From: an uncultured virus (IMG/VR IMGVR_UViG_3300043435_001124) | Taxonomy: Duplodnaviria; Heunggongvirae; Uroviricota; Caudoviricetes | IMG/VR virus record: IMGVR_UViG_3300043435_001124 | Reading direction: 5' to 3' (one strand) | Length of the DNA: 20,000 nucleotides | Shown here: positions 1 to 7,133 of the stretch, piece after piece | Position numbering within the stretch: position 1 is the stretch's first letter | How the letters are laid out: each line of letters begins with the position of its first letter | Position numbers and translations under genes: made by a program | The notes under the pieces: model-generated | Told to the model about the DNA's origin: nothing | Databases searched by the model: none | The model's input: the letters and a program-made list of their open reading frames with translations, nothing else

Positions 1-1329
1 AGTTCTAGTAATCCCCTACCAGTCACAGGAAATATTGGATTGAGTTCATCTGGAAATATTGTAAGAGTTGGTCTTGGAACCACAACTATTGAATTGGTAG
101 ATAACAATAAACCATTTCCAGTTTATCTTGCAAATATAACGGCAACAAGTAAAAGAAGATTGGAAATTTCTACATACGAAACTAATTTCTTTAATACATT
201 CCAATTCAATAAAGAAACTGATGTTTGGGATGAAAGAGTATCTATTGGAGGAAATTCAATTCATATTCCAACATTAAGTGGAATTGGAATGTCTGTAACT
301 TCTTCTGCTGGTTCTGAAGTCATTCGTCAAACCAGAAATGTAATGAAATACATTCCCGGTAGAGATTGTGATTTAGCATTTGCAATTAGATTAACAAATC
401 CTGTTATTGGAGTTCGTAGAAGATTTGGATTATTTGATGAAAATGATGGTATTTACTTTGAGGATGGTGGAGATGGTGATTATTATTGTTGTGTAAGAAA
501 TAGTAATGGTGCATCTGCAGGTATTGGGACGACTACACTAACTAGAATTCCTCGTAGTCAATGGAATGGAGACAAATTAGATGGTAATGGCGTAAGTCGA
601 ATTACTGCAGATCCTGATGCTCAACAAATAGTTAATTTTCATTATGAATGGTATGGTGCAGGAAGAATTGAATATCAATTTGTTATTGATGGAACAATAC
701 ACACGATTCATACTATAGATAATGCGAACAAATTAAAAGGTCCTTGGTGTGCAACTCCATTTTTACCAATTAGATGTGAAATTACCAACGTAACTGGTGC
801 TGCAGGAACTCACTATCTTTATCAGGGTTCTAATTCATTAACCACTAATGGACTTCAAACTAAATCAGGAATTGCTGGTAATATTTCATCTCCAATTACA
901 GGTACAGATCTTGGTTCTTCCTATACTTTTACGCCAGTTTTAAGTATTCGTCTTAAGACAATAGCACTTAAAGGTATTGTATTACCTACATTCTTTCAAG
1001 TTGCTACTGTTGATAATACTAATTTATTTTACAGATTAATAAGAAATGCCCCACTTACAAATCCAGTTTGGGTAGATAATCCAGATCCCAATGGATTTAC
1101 CCAATATGATGTTTCGGCTTCGGGAATAGGAACAACTGGTGTAATAATTGATTCTGGATTTTTTATTACTGGTGGTGGTGCAGCAGCAATTGCATTAGAC
1201 AAAGAAACCATCTATCAAATTGGTAGGAGTGGAATTGGAACTATTAGTGATACATTTACAATTGCTTGCGCGTCTGCAATTTCAAATAAAAATGCAGTTG
1301 CTGCTCTTACTTGGATTGAGCAGAGGTGA
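1..1329 (+). CDS. Putative virion structural protein, 5'-truncated by the window edge
   Basis: Frame 1 is open from base 1 (SSSNPLPVTGNIGL...) to TGA 1327-1329, so the TTG at 40 is probably not the true start. Beta-rich, G/T/S/N-rich sequence with recurring G(I/L)GT(T) motifs and NPLPV/KPFPV motifs resembling cyanomyovirus structural proteins. Confidence 0.65.
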   Translation, partial: SSSNPLPVTGNIGLSSSGNIVRVGLGTTTIELVDNNKPFPVYLANITATSKRRLEISTYETNFFNTFQFNKETDVWDERVSIGGNSIHIPTLSGIGMSVTSSAGSEVIRQTRNVMKYIPGRDCDLAFAIRLTNPVIGVRRRFGLFDENDGIYFEDGGDGDYYCCVRNSNGASAGIGTTTLTRIPRSQWNGDKLDGNGVSRITADPDAQQIVNFHYEWYGAGRIEYQFVIDGTIHTIHTIDNANKLKGPWCATPFLPIRCEITNVTGAAGTHYLYQGSNSLTTNGLQTKSGIAGNISSPITGTDLGSSYTFTPVLSIRLKTIALKGIVLPTFFQVATVDNTNLFYRLIRNAPLTNPVWVDNPDPNGFTQYDVSASGIGTTGVIIDSGFFITGGGAAAIALDKETIYQIGRSGIGTISDTFTIACASAISNKNAVAALTWIEQR

Positions 1330-1341
1330 GTAGGTAATTAA

Positions 1342-1398
1342 ATCCTCGCAGCATTCATAGCATTCGGATTCTTCCTCTTTCTAATGTCTTTGCTATAA
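1342..1398 (+). pseudogene. Start-less remnant of a small hydrophobic membrane-peptide ORF (ILAAFIAFGFFLFLMSLL*)
   Basis: 18 consecutive non-charged, mostly hydrophobic codons ending in TAA 1396-1398. An in-frame TAA (1339-1341) lies immediately before them and there is no canonical start at the 5' end. Confidence 0.35.
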
Positions 1399-1413
1399 TA
1401 TCTTCCTCTGGTC

Positions 1414-1442
1414 TTTACAAAAACTCACAAGTACCCTATACT
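1414..1442 (+). promoter_or_regulatory. Sigma70-type (early) promoter
   Basis: TTTACA (1414-1419), 17 nt spacer, TATACT (1437-1442), 20 nt upstream of ATG 1463. Confidence 0.7.
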
Positions 1443-1462
1443 GGTAAAAAGATTTCAAAAAA

Positions 1463-1786
1463 ATGAAAAAGTATAATGATGAATATTTTTCAGTGATTGA
1501 TAAAAGAATTGGAAAAAAAATTGTAGATTGTGGTGAATATTCGGATGCAATGATGATGTTTGACACAGATCCACACAATCGCCAAATTATTAAAAATAAA
1601 TTTCTGATGGGTCAAGTTGTTGATATTGAGATGCCAAAGGCACTCCCAACCTCAGATATTGTTGTAAATATGGATGGTGGAGTTGGTGGTTCCTGGAAAG
1701 TAAACGAATCAACAGGAAATGGACCTAGTGAATCACTACCACAAATCAAACTTCCAGAAGGACAAAAAAAACCAGTAGTAGTATGA
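1463..1786 (+). CDS. Hypothetical phage protein (107 aa)
   Basis: ATG ORF downstream of a promoter. Its stop overlaps the next ATG (ATGA). Confidence 0.8.
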   Translation: MKKYNDEYFSVIDKRIGKKIVDCGEYSDAMMMFDTDPHNRQIIKNKFLMGQVVDIEMPKALPTSDIVVNMDGGVGGSWKVNESTGNGPSESLPQIKLPEGQKKPVVV

Positions 1787-1878
1787 TGCAAAATATCAAT
1801 TGGATTAATATTCTATTAGACCTTTATATCATTTATTATGGGTTCAACTATGGGAGAAATAATAAAGATGAATCATAA
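1783..1878 (+). CDS. Small hypothetical protein (31 aa, MMQNINWINILLDLYIIYYGFNYGRNNKDES)
   Basis: Manual translation. ATGA overlap with the previous stop and a hydrophobic core. Below the ORF-track size cutoff. Confidence 0.55.
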   Translation: MMQNINWINILLDLYIIYYGFNYGRNNKDES

Positions 1879-2002
1879 GACAACGCTATCAGAACAGTTT
1901 CACTACATTTATATCACACTCAAAGAAACTCTAAATATTTTTGGTACACATCTTAAGAATGCCACTTTATTCTACTTCAGACGAACTTTTGTACAATCTT
2001 GA
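1868..2002 (+). CDS. Small hypothetical protein (44 aa, MNHKTTLSEQFHYIYITLKETLNIFGTHLKNATLFYFRRTFVQS)
   Basis: Manual translation. Fills the gap between neighbours and overlaps the HNH gene start by 44 nt. Confidence 0.45.
   Translation: MNHKTTLSEQFHYIYITLKETLNIFGTHLKNATLFYFRRTFVQS
1931..1937 (+). promoter_or_regulatory. Candidate T4-like late promoter (CTAAATA)
   Basis: TAAATA box 21 nt upstream of HNH ATG 1959. Confidence 0.5.
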
Positions 2003-2327
2003 AGCAACTACGAGTTCCGAAGCAAAAAGAAAATGGAGACAATCAATCAAAGAAAAATGGAATTATGAATGTGCATATTGCGAATCTTATCAGAATTTAA
2101 CATTAGATCATATTACTCCAAGATCTAAAGGTGGAAGTGACCGAGTTACAAATGTCTTATGTGCTTGCAGAAAATGCAACACTTCCAAAGGTCATCAAGA
2201 TTGGTATGATTGGTATATGCAACAACCATTCTTTACAACTGAAAAATTATCTGCTATTATAGAATGGCGAAAGCAAACAAATGATAATGAATACTATACG
2301 TATCATCCAAGAAAAAATATAATTTAA
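1959..2327 (+). CDS. HNH endonuclease (Zn-binding, McrA-like)
   Basis: CAYC...LTLDHITPRSKGG...NVLCACRKCNTSKG motif. ATG 1959 preferred over TTG 1941. Confidence 0.92.
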   Translation: MPLYSTSDELLYNLEATTSSEAKRKWRQSIKEKWNYECAYCESYQNLTLDHITPRSKGGSDRVTNVLCACRKCNTSKGHQDWYDWYMQQPFFTTEKLSAIIEWRKQTNDNEYYTYHPRKNII

Positions 2328-2422
2328 TGGACACATACAGTATTCGCCCACTGCTAGAAACGGCAGTGGGTATTATCATTTCAATTTTAACAATCCTTAT
2401 ACCGCTAGTTGTACTATTATGA
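2327..2422 (+). CDS. Small membrane peptide (31 aa, MDTYSIRPLLETAVGIIISILTILIPLVVLL)
   Basis: TAATG overlap with the HNH stop and ATGA overlap with the glutaredoxin start. Single hydrophobic segment. Confidence 0.65.
   Translation: MDTYSIRPLLETAVGIIISILTILIPLVVLL
2346..2371 (+). terminator. GC-rich hairpin, possible terminator or RNA-processing signal
   Basis: GCCCACTGC-TAGAAACG-GCAGTGGGT (8 Watson-Crick pairs plus G-U), followed by an interrupted T-rich tract. Confidence 0.45.
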
Positions 2423-2658
2423 GATTCACAGTTTATTCAAAAAACGGTTGCCCCTATTGTTCTAAAATAGAACAGGTACTACGATTAAGCAATCTGGAAC
2501 ATAAGATCTACAAATTAGATGAAGATTTTTTAAGAGATGAATTCTATTCTCAGTTTGGATTAGGAACTACATTTCCTCAAGTAGTTCTTAATGATCAAGA
2601 GCATCTCGGGGGATGTACAGATACCGTTAAATATTTGCAGGAAAATAAAGTAATCTAA
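2419..2658 (+). CDS. nrdC: Glutaredoxin (T4 NrdC-like)
   Basis: CPYC active site, TFPQV cis-Pro motif and GGCTD motif. Confidence 0.93.
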   Translation: MRFTVYSKNGCPYCSKIEQVLRLSNLEHKIYKLDEDFLRDEFYSQFGLGTTFPQVVLNDQEHLGGCTDTVKYLQENKVI

Positions 2659-3018
2659 ATGGAAACAACCTTTTACGAAGTTTATTACGATGTAGAAAAG
2701 GCAATTGATTATGCATTTAAAGGTCAGTTTGTATTGAAGTTTTATGATTATTTAAAAATTAAAAAAGTTCTCCTACGAGAAGTTGGAGAATTTATTGAAA
2801 GTAAAACTGCATCAAATATTAGTGAGGTTGTACTAGATTTAGATACTTATCTTGAAGGTGGTTCTGATAATGAACATAAACAACTTCGGGAAGCATATGG
2901 ACATCTTTCAAAACCAGAAGCAAGAAAGATAAGAAATTATTTGTATGACATTCTTAATGATGCATGGAAATACAGCAATGACAAAAAACCAGGACGACGA
3001 AAGAAACAAACTAAATAA
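2659..3018 (+). CDS. Conserved cyanomyovirus-type hypothetical protein (119 aa)
   Basis: Abuts the glutaredoxin gene. YLEGG...QLREAYGHLSKPEARKI motif recalled from T4-like cyanophage core hypotheticals. Confidence 0.8.
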   Translation: METTFYEVYYDVEKAIDYAFKGQFVLKFYDYLKIKKVLLREVGEFIESKTASNISEVVLDLDTYLEGGSDNEHKQLREAYGHLSKPEARKIRNYLYDILNDAWKYSNDKKPGRRKKQTK

Positions 3019-3193
3019 CTCTCGGAACCTCCATATTAATCGGGGGTTTGAGTTGATGCTAAGAAACAATAATAGGGGGGAGAAACCATCAGAACCAAAC
3101 ACATTTCAAATTCGTTTTGGTAAGATGATGTCTCTCTTCAAACGAGAGATACATTTTCAATTTGAATTCTTTTTAGATATGAAAAAAAAGTAA
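2945..3193 (+). CDS. Hypothetical protein (start uncertain, could be ATG near 3056)
   Basis: Fills the gap to the next gene. A CTAAATA box at 3011-3017 may serve a downstream start. Confidence 0.6.
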   Translation: MTFLMMHGNTAMTKNQDDERNKLNNSRNLHINRGFELMLRNNNRGEKPSEPNTFQIRFGKMMSLFKREIHFQFEFFLDMKKK

Positions 3194-3211
3194 CTCTCAA
3201 GGAGAATACCA

Positions 3212-3448
3212 ATGGAAACAACAGTTATTCTTACATTCACAACTCTTTTTTGTGTAATGTTTTTAATGATTGGACTAATCGGAGGTTGGATAGTTAAACA
3301 GTATCAAGTGGAAAGAATTTATGGTATTCGTAACATTCATCCAGAATTCTTTGACAATAACGGAAATATAATTCCTGACGAGGTTGTCGCGGTTAGATTT
3401 GAAGAAGGATTCTTTGATGATGATGATGAAGATTGTGATGAAGATTGA
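3212..3448 (+). CDS. Small membrane protein with acidic tail
   Basis: AGGAG SD upstream, N-terminal TM helix, HPEFFDNNGNIIPDEVVAVRFE motif and D/E-rich tail. Confidence 0.85.
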   Translation: METTVILTFTTLFCVMFLMIGLIGGWIVKQYQVERIYGIRNIHPEFFDNNGNIIPDEVVAVRFEEGFFDDDDEDCDED

Positions 3449-3454
3449 TAAATA
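3448..3454 (+). promoter_or_regulatory. Candidate T4-like late promoter (ATAAATA)
   Basis: Box at the start of the intergenic gap upstream of ATG 3496. Confidence 0.55.
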
Positions 3455-3495
3455 AACAAGATTGTATTATACTAAACTGAATTGTATTAAAAATT

Positions 3496-4071
3496 ATGCC
3501 TGTAACAAAAATAAAAACTGAAGCACCAATTGCAAAACTCCAACCAAATGCATTTCAATATGAAATTTTGGAATTGGTGTCAAAACAAAGAAGTGATGTA
3601 AAAAAAGTAGAAGTACTTAAAGAATACCGTAATGATGCTCTGATAAGTCTTTTCATTTGGAACTTTGATGATAGTGTAGTTAGTATTTTACCTCCAGGAT
3701 CAGTTCCTTATGCTGATCCATCTGATCAATCGTCTATAGGGGGAAATCTAACTGAATTGATTGATAGTAAAGCAAAAAACACCAATTTGAAAAATGGTGC
3801 ATATGCAGGAACTGAAGAGTTGATGAATAAGCAACGCACATCTCTTCGTAATGAGCACACAAATTTTTATATTTTCCTAAAGGGTGGAAGTAGTACTCTT
3901 TCTCAAATTCGTAAGGAGACTATTTTTATCAACATGCTTCAAGGACTTCATCCTTTAGAAGCAGAACTAGTTTGTCTAGTAAAAGATAAAAATCTTACAA
4001 ATAAATATAAAGTAAGTTGGGATAATGTTAAGGGGGCATATCCTGATATTCTTTGGGGAGGTCGTTCGTGA
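3496..4071 (+). CDS. Conserved T4-like phage hypothetical protein (DUF6433-like)
   Basis: LPPGSVPY and RKETIFINMLQGLHPLEAELVCLVKDK motifs. Confidence 0.75.
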   Translation: MPVTKIKTEAPIAKLQPNAFQYEILELVSKQRSDVKKVEVLKEYRNDALISLFIWNFDDSVVSILPPGSVPYADPSDQSSIGGNLTELIDSKAKNTNLKNGAYAGTEELMNKQRTSLRNEHTNFYIFLKGGSSTLSQIRKETIFINMLQGLHPLEAELVCLVKDKNLTNKYKVSWDNVKGAYPDILWGGRS

Positions 4072-4403
4072 GTAAAACTGTATTAGTAGAGGAAGAAACT
4101 ATGCAATGGACACCAGAAGAAAAAAAAGAAACTTCTTCTCGTTATGGTTGTGAAATTCTTTTTGAACGTACTACACTTGCTCAGGTAAAAGATCTTTCTT
4201 TACCGAATGATGCTTATCTAATTTTGTACCGTGTAAATGCTGAGACTCATGTAGACTTATGTCGTGGAACTGGAGTTAAAATCTTTGATATGTATTATGA
4301 CAAGTTTGGTCCTGGATCAGTTCAAAAAATTGAATTTGGATATGGAAGAGTTTCTCCTAGAATATGGGGATATAAAGCACCTGAAGGAAAGAAAAAAAAA
4401 TGA
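4068..4403 (+). CDS. Conserved hypothetical protein
   Basis: GTGA overlap with the upstream stop suggests GTG 4068 as start (ATG 4101 is an alternative). IFDMYYDKFG motif. Confidence 0.75.
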   Translation: MSKTVLVEEETMQWTPEEKKETSSRYGCEILFERTTLAQVKDLSLPNDAYLILYRVNAETHVDLCRGTGVKIFDMYYDKFGPGSVQKIEFGYGRVSPRIWGYKAPEGKKKK

Positions 4404-4588
4404 CTGCAGGATTTGATAATAAACTAAAAGTAGAAATTAATTCAACTGAAGTTGATAAACTACTAAAGCAATACAAAAAAATTAAAAAATATATGAAATC
4501 TTCCTTGTATAAAGTGAAGAAAATTGATGGAACAGAAAAAGTTGTGTCGGAACTTTTAAAAGAATATGAGGATAATCCTCTGAATTAA
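4400..4588 (+). CDS. Hypothetical protein (62 aa)
   Basis: ATGA overlap with the previous gene. Confidence 0.75.
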   Translation: MTAGFDNKLKVEINSTEVDKLLKQYKKIKKYMKSSLYKVKKIDGTEKVVSELLKEYEDNPLN

Positions 4589-4592
4589 ATAA

Positions 4593-4919
4593 ATGGGTAA
4601 GCATTTTTTATTGAATCTATATGGGTGCTCATCAGTTCTGTTGAATGACGAGCGTTTTCTTGTTGATTTACTAGAAAATTGTGCAGTTGTATCTGGAGCA
4701 ACCGTATTGAAAACAGTATCTCATAAGTTTGAACCTCAAGGTGTTACTATTATTTGCTTACTTTCCGAAAGTCATATTAGCATTCATACTTGGCCTGAGG
4801 AACATAAGGCATCGGCAGATATTTTTACTTGTGGGATAGTGGATCCAAAGATTGGTTGTGATATAATGATAGCGCAACTCAAACCAATTGAATATAAACT
4901 TAATTATATTCAACGATAA
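4593..4919 (+). CDS. speD: S-adenosylmethionine decarboxylase proenzyme (class 1B), auxiliary metabolic gene
   Basis: GKHFLLNLYGC, HKFEPQGVT, LSESHISIHTWPE (E-S autocleavage/pyruvoyl site) and DIFTCG motifs. Confidence 0.93.
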   Translation: MGKHFLLNLYGCSSVLLNDERFLVDLLENCAVVSGATVLKTVSHKFEPQGVTIICLLSESHISIHTWPEEHKASADIFTCGIVDPKIGCDIMIAQLKPIEYKLNYIQR

Positions 4920-4954
4920 AAAAAAGGAGAGGATTGACATTCTCTCTTTTTTTA
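4917..4954. terminator. Intrinsic, possibly bidirectional terminator hairpin after speD
   Basis: A-tract + GGAGAG, loop containing TTGACA, then CTCTCT + T-tract. Confidence 0.65.
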
Positions 4955-4962
4955 TGTAAACT
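4934..4962 (+). promoter_or_regulatory. Sigma70-type (early) promoter
   Basis: TTGACA (4934-4939), 17 nt spacer, TAAACT (4957-4962), 21 nt upstream of ATG 4984. Confidence 0.8.
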
Positions 4963-4983
4963 GATAAGAGACATACTATTGGA

Positions 4984-5151
4984 ATGAATAACGAACGATT
5001 AAAACTAATTGTGAGAAATCTGGATCTTTTGATTCAATCTTTAAAAGAGGAACTTGAAGATGTTCCAGAAATTTCTTATGAGACTACATCCTCATATGTT
5101 GAGGATGATGTTGATGAATACTATACTGAGGATGACGAAGAAGATGTATGA
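4984..5151 (+). CDS. Small acidic hypothetical protein (55 aa, MNNERLKLIVRNLDLLIQSLKEELEDVPEISYETTSSYVEDDVDEYYTEDDEEDV)
   Basis: Manual translation. First ORF after the promoter, with an amphipathic helix and acidic tail. Missed by the ORF track. Confidence 0.8.
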   Translation: MNNERLKLIVRNLDLLIQSLKEELEDVPEISYETTSSYVEDDVDEYYTEDDEEDV

Positions 5152-5332
5152 AGACATTACGCCTTATGAAAGGGCGCTTGCAAGATTTGGTGATAAGTGT
5201 GCTCTCATAGCAGGACTTGAACTTGCTAATAAAATTTCTCCAGAAGAAGCATATCAACAAATAAAAGATATGTATAAGGAATTGAAAAAACTTCGCAAAG
5301 CAGAAAAGAAAAATTGGGAGACACCAAACTAA
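5144..5332 (+). CDS. Small helical protein resembling a conserved cyanobacterial hypothetical (62 aa)
   Basis: True start probably ATG 5144 (MYEDITPYERALARFGDK...). LE..KISPEEAYQQIK.MYK.LK motif. Confidence 0.75.
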   Translation: MYEDITPYERALARFGDKCALIAGLELANKISPEEAYQQIKDMYKELKKLRKAEKKNWETPN

Positions 5333-6087
5333 TGAAACCTATTAAAGCAAAAGATCTACTGGAACTAGATCAAGAAATGAAAGTTGTGATGATTCGTCAG
5401 TCACAACTTCCCCAGACTCTTGTTTGGCAAGCAGGTAAGAATGATTATTCTGAAGTACCTATTCATACGGTGATGCCCCCCGTAGAAAAGGAATGTGGTA
5501 AATGGGTAATTGAACATCTACTTGCAAATGAAAGAGGTCATTGGGGACCACTAGAACATCCTGCAATTTCTTTTGATTGTGTTGGATTCGTTCATAATGT
5601 AATGGTTCAGGCACGAACTCATCGTGTTGGAGTTTCTTTTGATGTTCAATCTCAGCGTTATACTGGTCGTCGTGTACTGAAGGTTGCAAAGGGTGAACTG
5701 AAACCACAACAAGTTTTCTATGTGCGCCCAGAAGGTCTCTACCTGGACCGTAAAGGGCATAAGTATGAATGGACGAGGGAAGACTACGAAAGGCAGTTAA
5801 AGTTCTGTCTGGCGGCATCTGAGAGGTATGAGGAGGGTTATACTAAGCGTGGTATGGCAGAGGAACATCTTCGGGATTATCTTCCACAGAATATTCGTCA
5901 AAACTTCGTTGTTACATTCTCTCTTCGTGCAGTGTTACACTTTCTGGATCTTCGTGCTAAACTTGATGCTCAGGTGGAAATTCAAGCACTTTGCGAAGGT
6001 ATGATTCCTGCAATTAAAGAATGGGTTCCTGAGATCTTTAGTTATTATGAGGAGAAAAGACTTCATAAGGCACGTTTGAGTCCTTGA
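5332..6087 (+). CDS. thyX: FAD-dependent thymidylate synthase
   Basis: GHWGPLEH and QARTHRVGVSFDVQSQRY (ThyX RHR-x-S motif variant), HFLDLR...AQVEIQ. TAATG overlap supports ATG 5332. Confidence 0.95.
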   Translation: MKPIKAKDLLELDQEMKVVMIRQSQLPQTLVWQAGKNDYSEVPIHTVMPPVEKECGKWVIEHLLANERGHWGPLEHPAISFDCVGFVHNVMVQARTHRVGVSFDVQSQRYTGRRVLKVAKGELKPQQVFYVRPEGLYLDRKGHKYEWTREDYERQLKFCLAASERYEEGYTKRGMAEEHLRDYLPQNIRQNFVVTFSLRAVLHFLDLRAKLDAQVEIQALCEGMIPAIKEWVPEIFSYYEEKRLHKARLSP

Positions 6088-6088
6088 T

Positions 6089-6095
6089 CTAAATA
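6089..6095 (+). promoter_or_regulatory. Candidate T4-like late promoter (CTAAATA)
   Basis: Intergenic, 22 nt upstream of ATG 6118. Confidence 0.55.
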
Positions 6096-6117
6096 CTCAT
6101 ACACATTATTAAAACTT

Positions 6118-6360
6118 ATGGCAATTTATCCAATCAAAAGTAAAGAAACTGGTGAGACTAAAGTGATTGAAATGAGTGTTCACGACATCACACAGTGGTA
6201 TCAAGACAATCCAGAATGGTCCCGCGATTGGAGTCAGGGATGTGCAACTCCAGGAGAAGTTGGTGAGTGGAAAGACAAACTCATTGATAAACATCCCGGA
6301 TGGAATGAAATTTTGGATAAAGCATCTAAAGCACCTAAATCACTCGTAAAGAAAATCTAA
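6118..6360 (+). CDS. Conserved hypothetical protein preceding phoH
   Basis: MAIYP..SKETGE N-terminus and GWNEIL...SKAPKS C-terminus. Syntenic position before phoH. Confidence 0.82.
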   Translation: MAIYPIKSKETGETKVIEMSVHDITQWYQDNPEWSRDWSQGCATPGEVGEWKDKLIDKHPGWNEILDKASKAPKSLVKKI

Positions 6361-6361
6361 A

Positions 6362-7132
6362 ATGACAAGAAGAAAAAGAACCAATCAAGATACTCAGTCT
6401 GTTGGCGGTGTTCCTATGACTACGAAACATATGAAGCGTAGAAAACCATTAAACTCTGATTTACTTTTAGATGTTCAACCTCTAACAGATAATCAAGGAA
6501 AACTATTTGAATCCTATGATGAAGGTAAGCACATTGTTGCTTATGGAGCAGCTGGAACTGGTAAAACTTTTATCGTTCTCTACAATGCACTCAAAGATGT
6601 TCTTAATGATAGGACACCTTATGATAAAATATACATCATTAGGTCTTTAGTGCAGACTCGCGAAATTGGATTCTTGCCAGGTAATCACGAAGATAAATCA
6701 GCACTCTTTGAAATACCATATAAAAATATGGTAAAATATATGTTCCAACTGCCGTCTGAAGATGAGTTTGAGATGCTATACGGCAATCTTAAATCTCAAG
6801 GTACTATTTCTTTTTGGTCTTCTTCTTTCTTAAGAGGAACTACTTTTGATAATTGCATTCTTATTGTGGACGAATTCCAAAATATGAATGGACACGAAAA
6901 TGATTCTATCATCACTCGTGTTGGCGAAAACTGTAAAATTATGTTCTGTGGTGATGCTTCGCAGAGTGATTTAGTGCGACAGAATGAGAGAAATGGAATT
7001 CACGATTTTATAAAAATTCTTCAAATTATGCCATCATTTGATTTTATTGAATTTGGTATTGAAGACGTATGCAGAAGTGGATTGGTTAAAGAGTACTTAA
7101 TTGCAAAACATTCCTTAAATATTACCATATAA
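6362..7132 (+). CDS. phoH: PhoH-family ATPase
   Basis: Walker A GAAGTGKT, IGFLPG, FLRGTTF, Walker B IVDEFQN, GDASQSD and RSGLV motifs. Confidence 0.96.
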   Translation: MTRRKRTNQDTQSVGGVPMTTKHMKRRKPLNSDLLLDVQPLTDNQGKLFESYDEGKHIVAYGAAGTGKTFIVLYNALKDVLNDRTPYDKIYIIRSLVQTREIGFLPGNHEDKSALFEIPYKNMVKYMFQLPSEDEFEMLYGNLKSQGTISFWSSSFLRGTTFDNCILIVDEFQNMNGHENDSIITRVGENCKIMFCGDASQSDLVRQNERNGIHDFIKILQIMPSFDFIEFGIEDVCRSGLVKEYLIAKHSLNITI

Positions 7133-7133
7133 A

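Noticed and set aside
5054..5143. N-terminal extension of the ORF-track call 5054..5332
   Set aside because: Met/Leu-rich shadow of the acidic ORF 4984..5151 in another frame. The real start is probably 5144.
5459..5818. Antisense ORFs within thyX, and similar shadow ORFs at 1029, 1393, 2908, 4758, 6109, 7122, 7186, 13328, 13515, 14634, 16616, 17291, 17435, 18059, 18264 and 19028
   Set aside because: They overlap well-supported genes, show no recognisable motifs and have compositions typical of off-frame translation.
6871..6920. PhoH segment QNMNGHENDS looks slightly atypical after Walker B
   Set aside because: Walker A/B and other motifs are intact, and the significance cannot be judged without an alignment.
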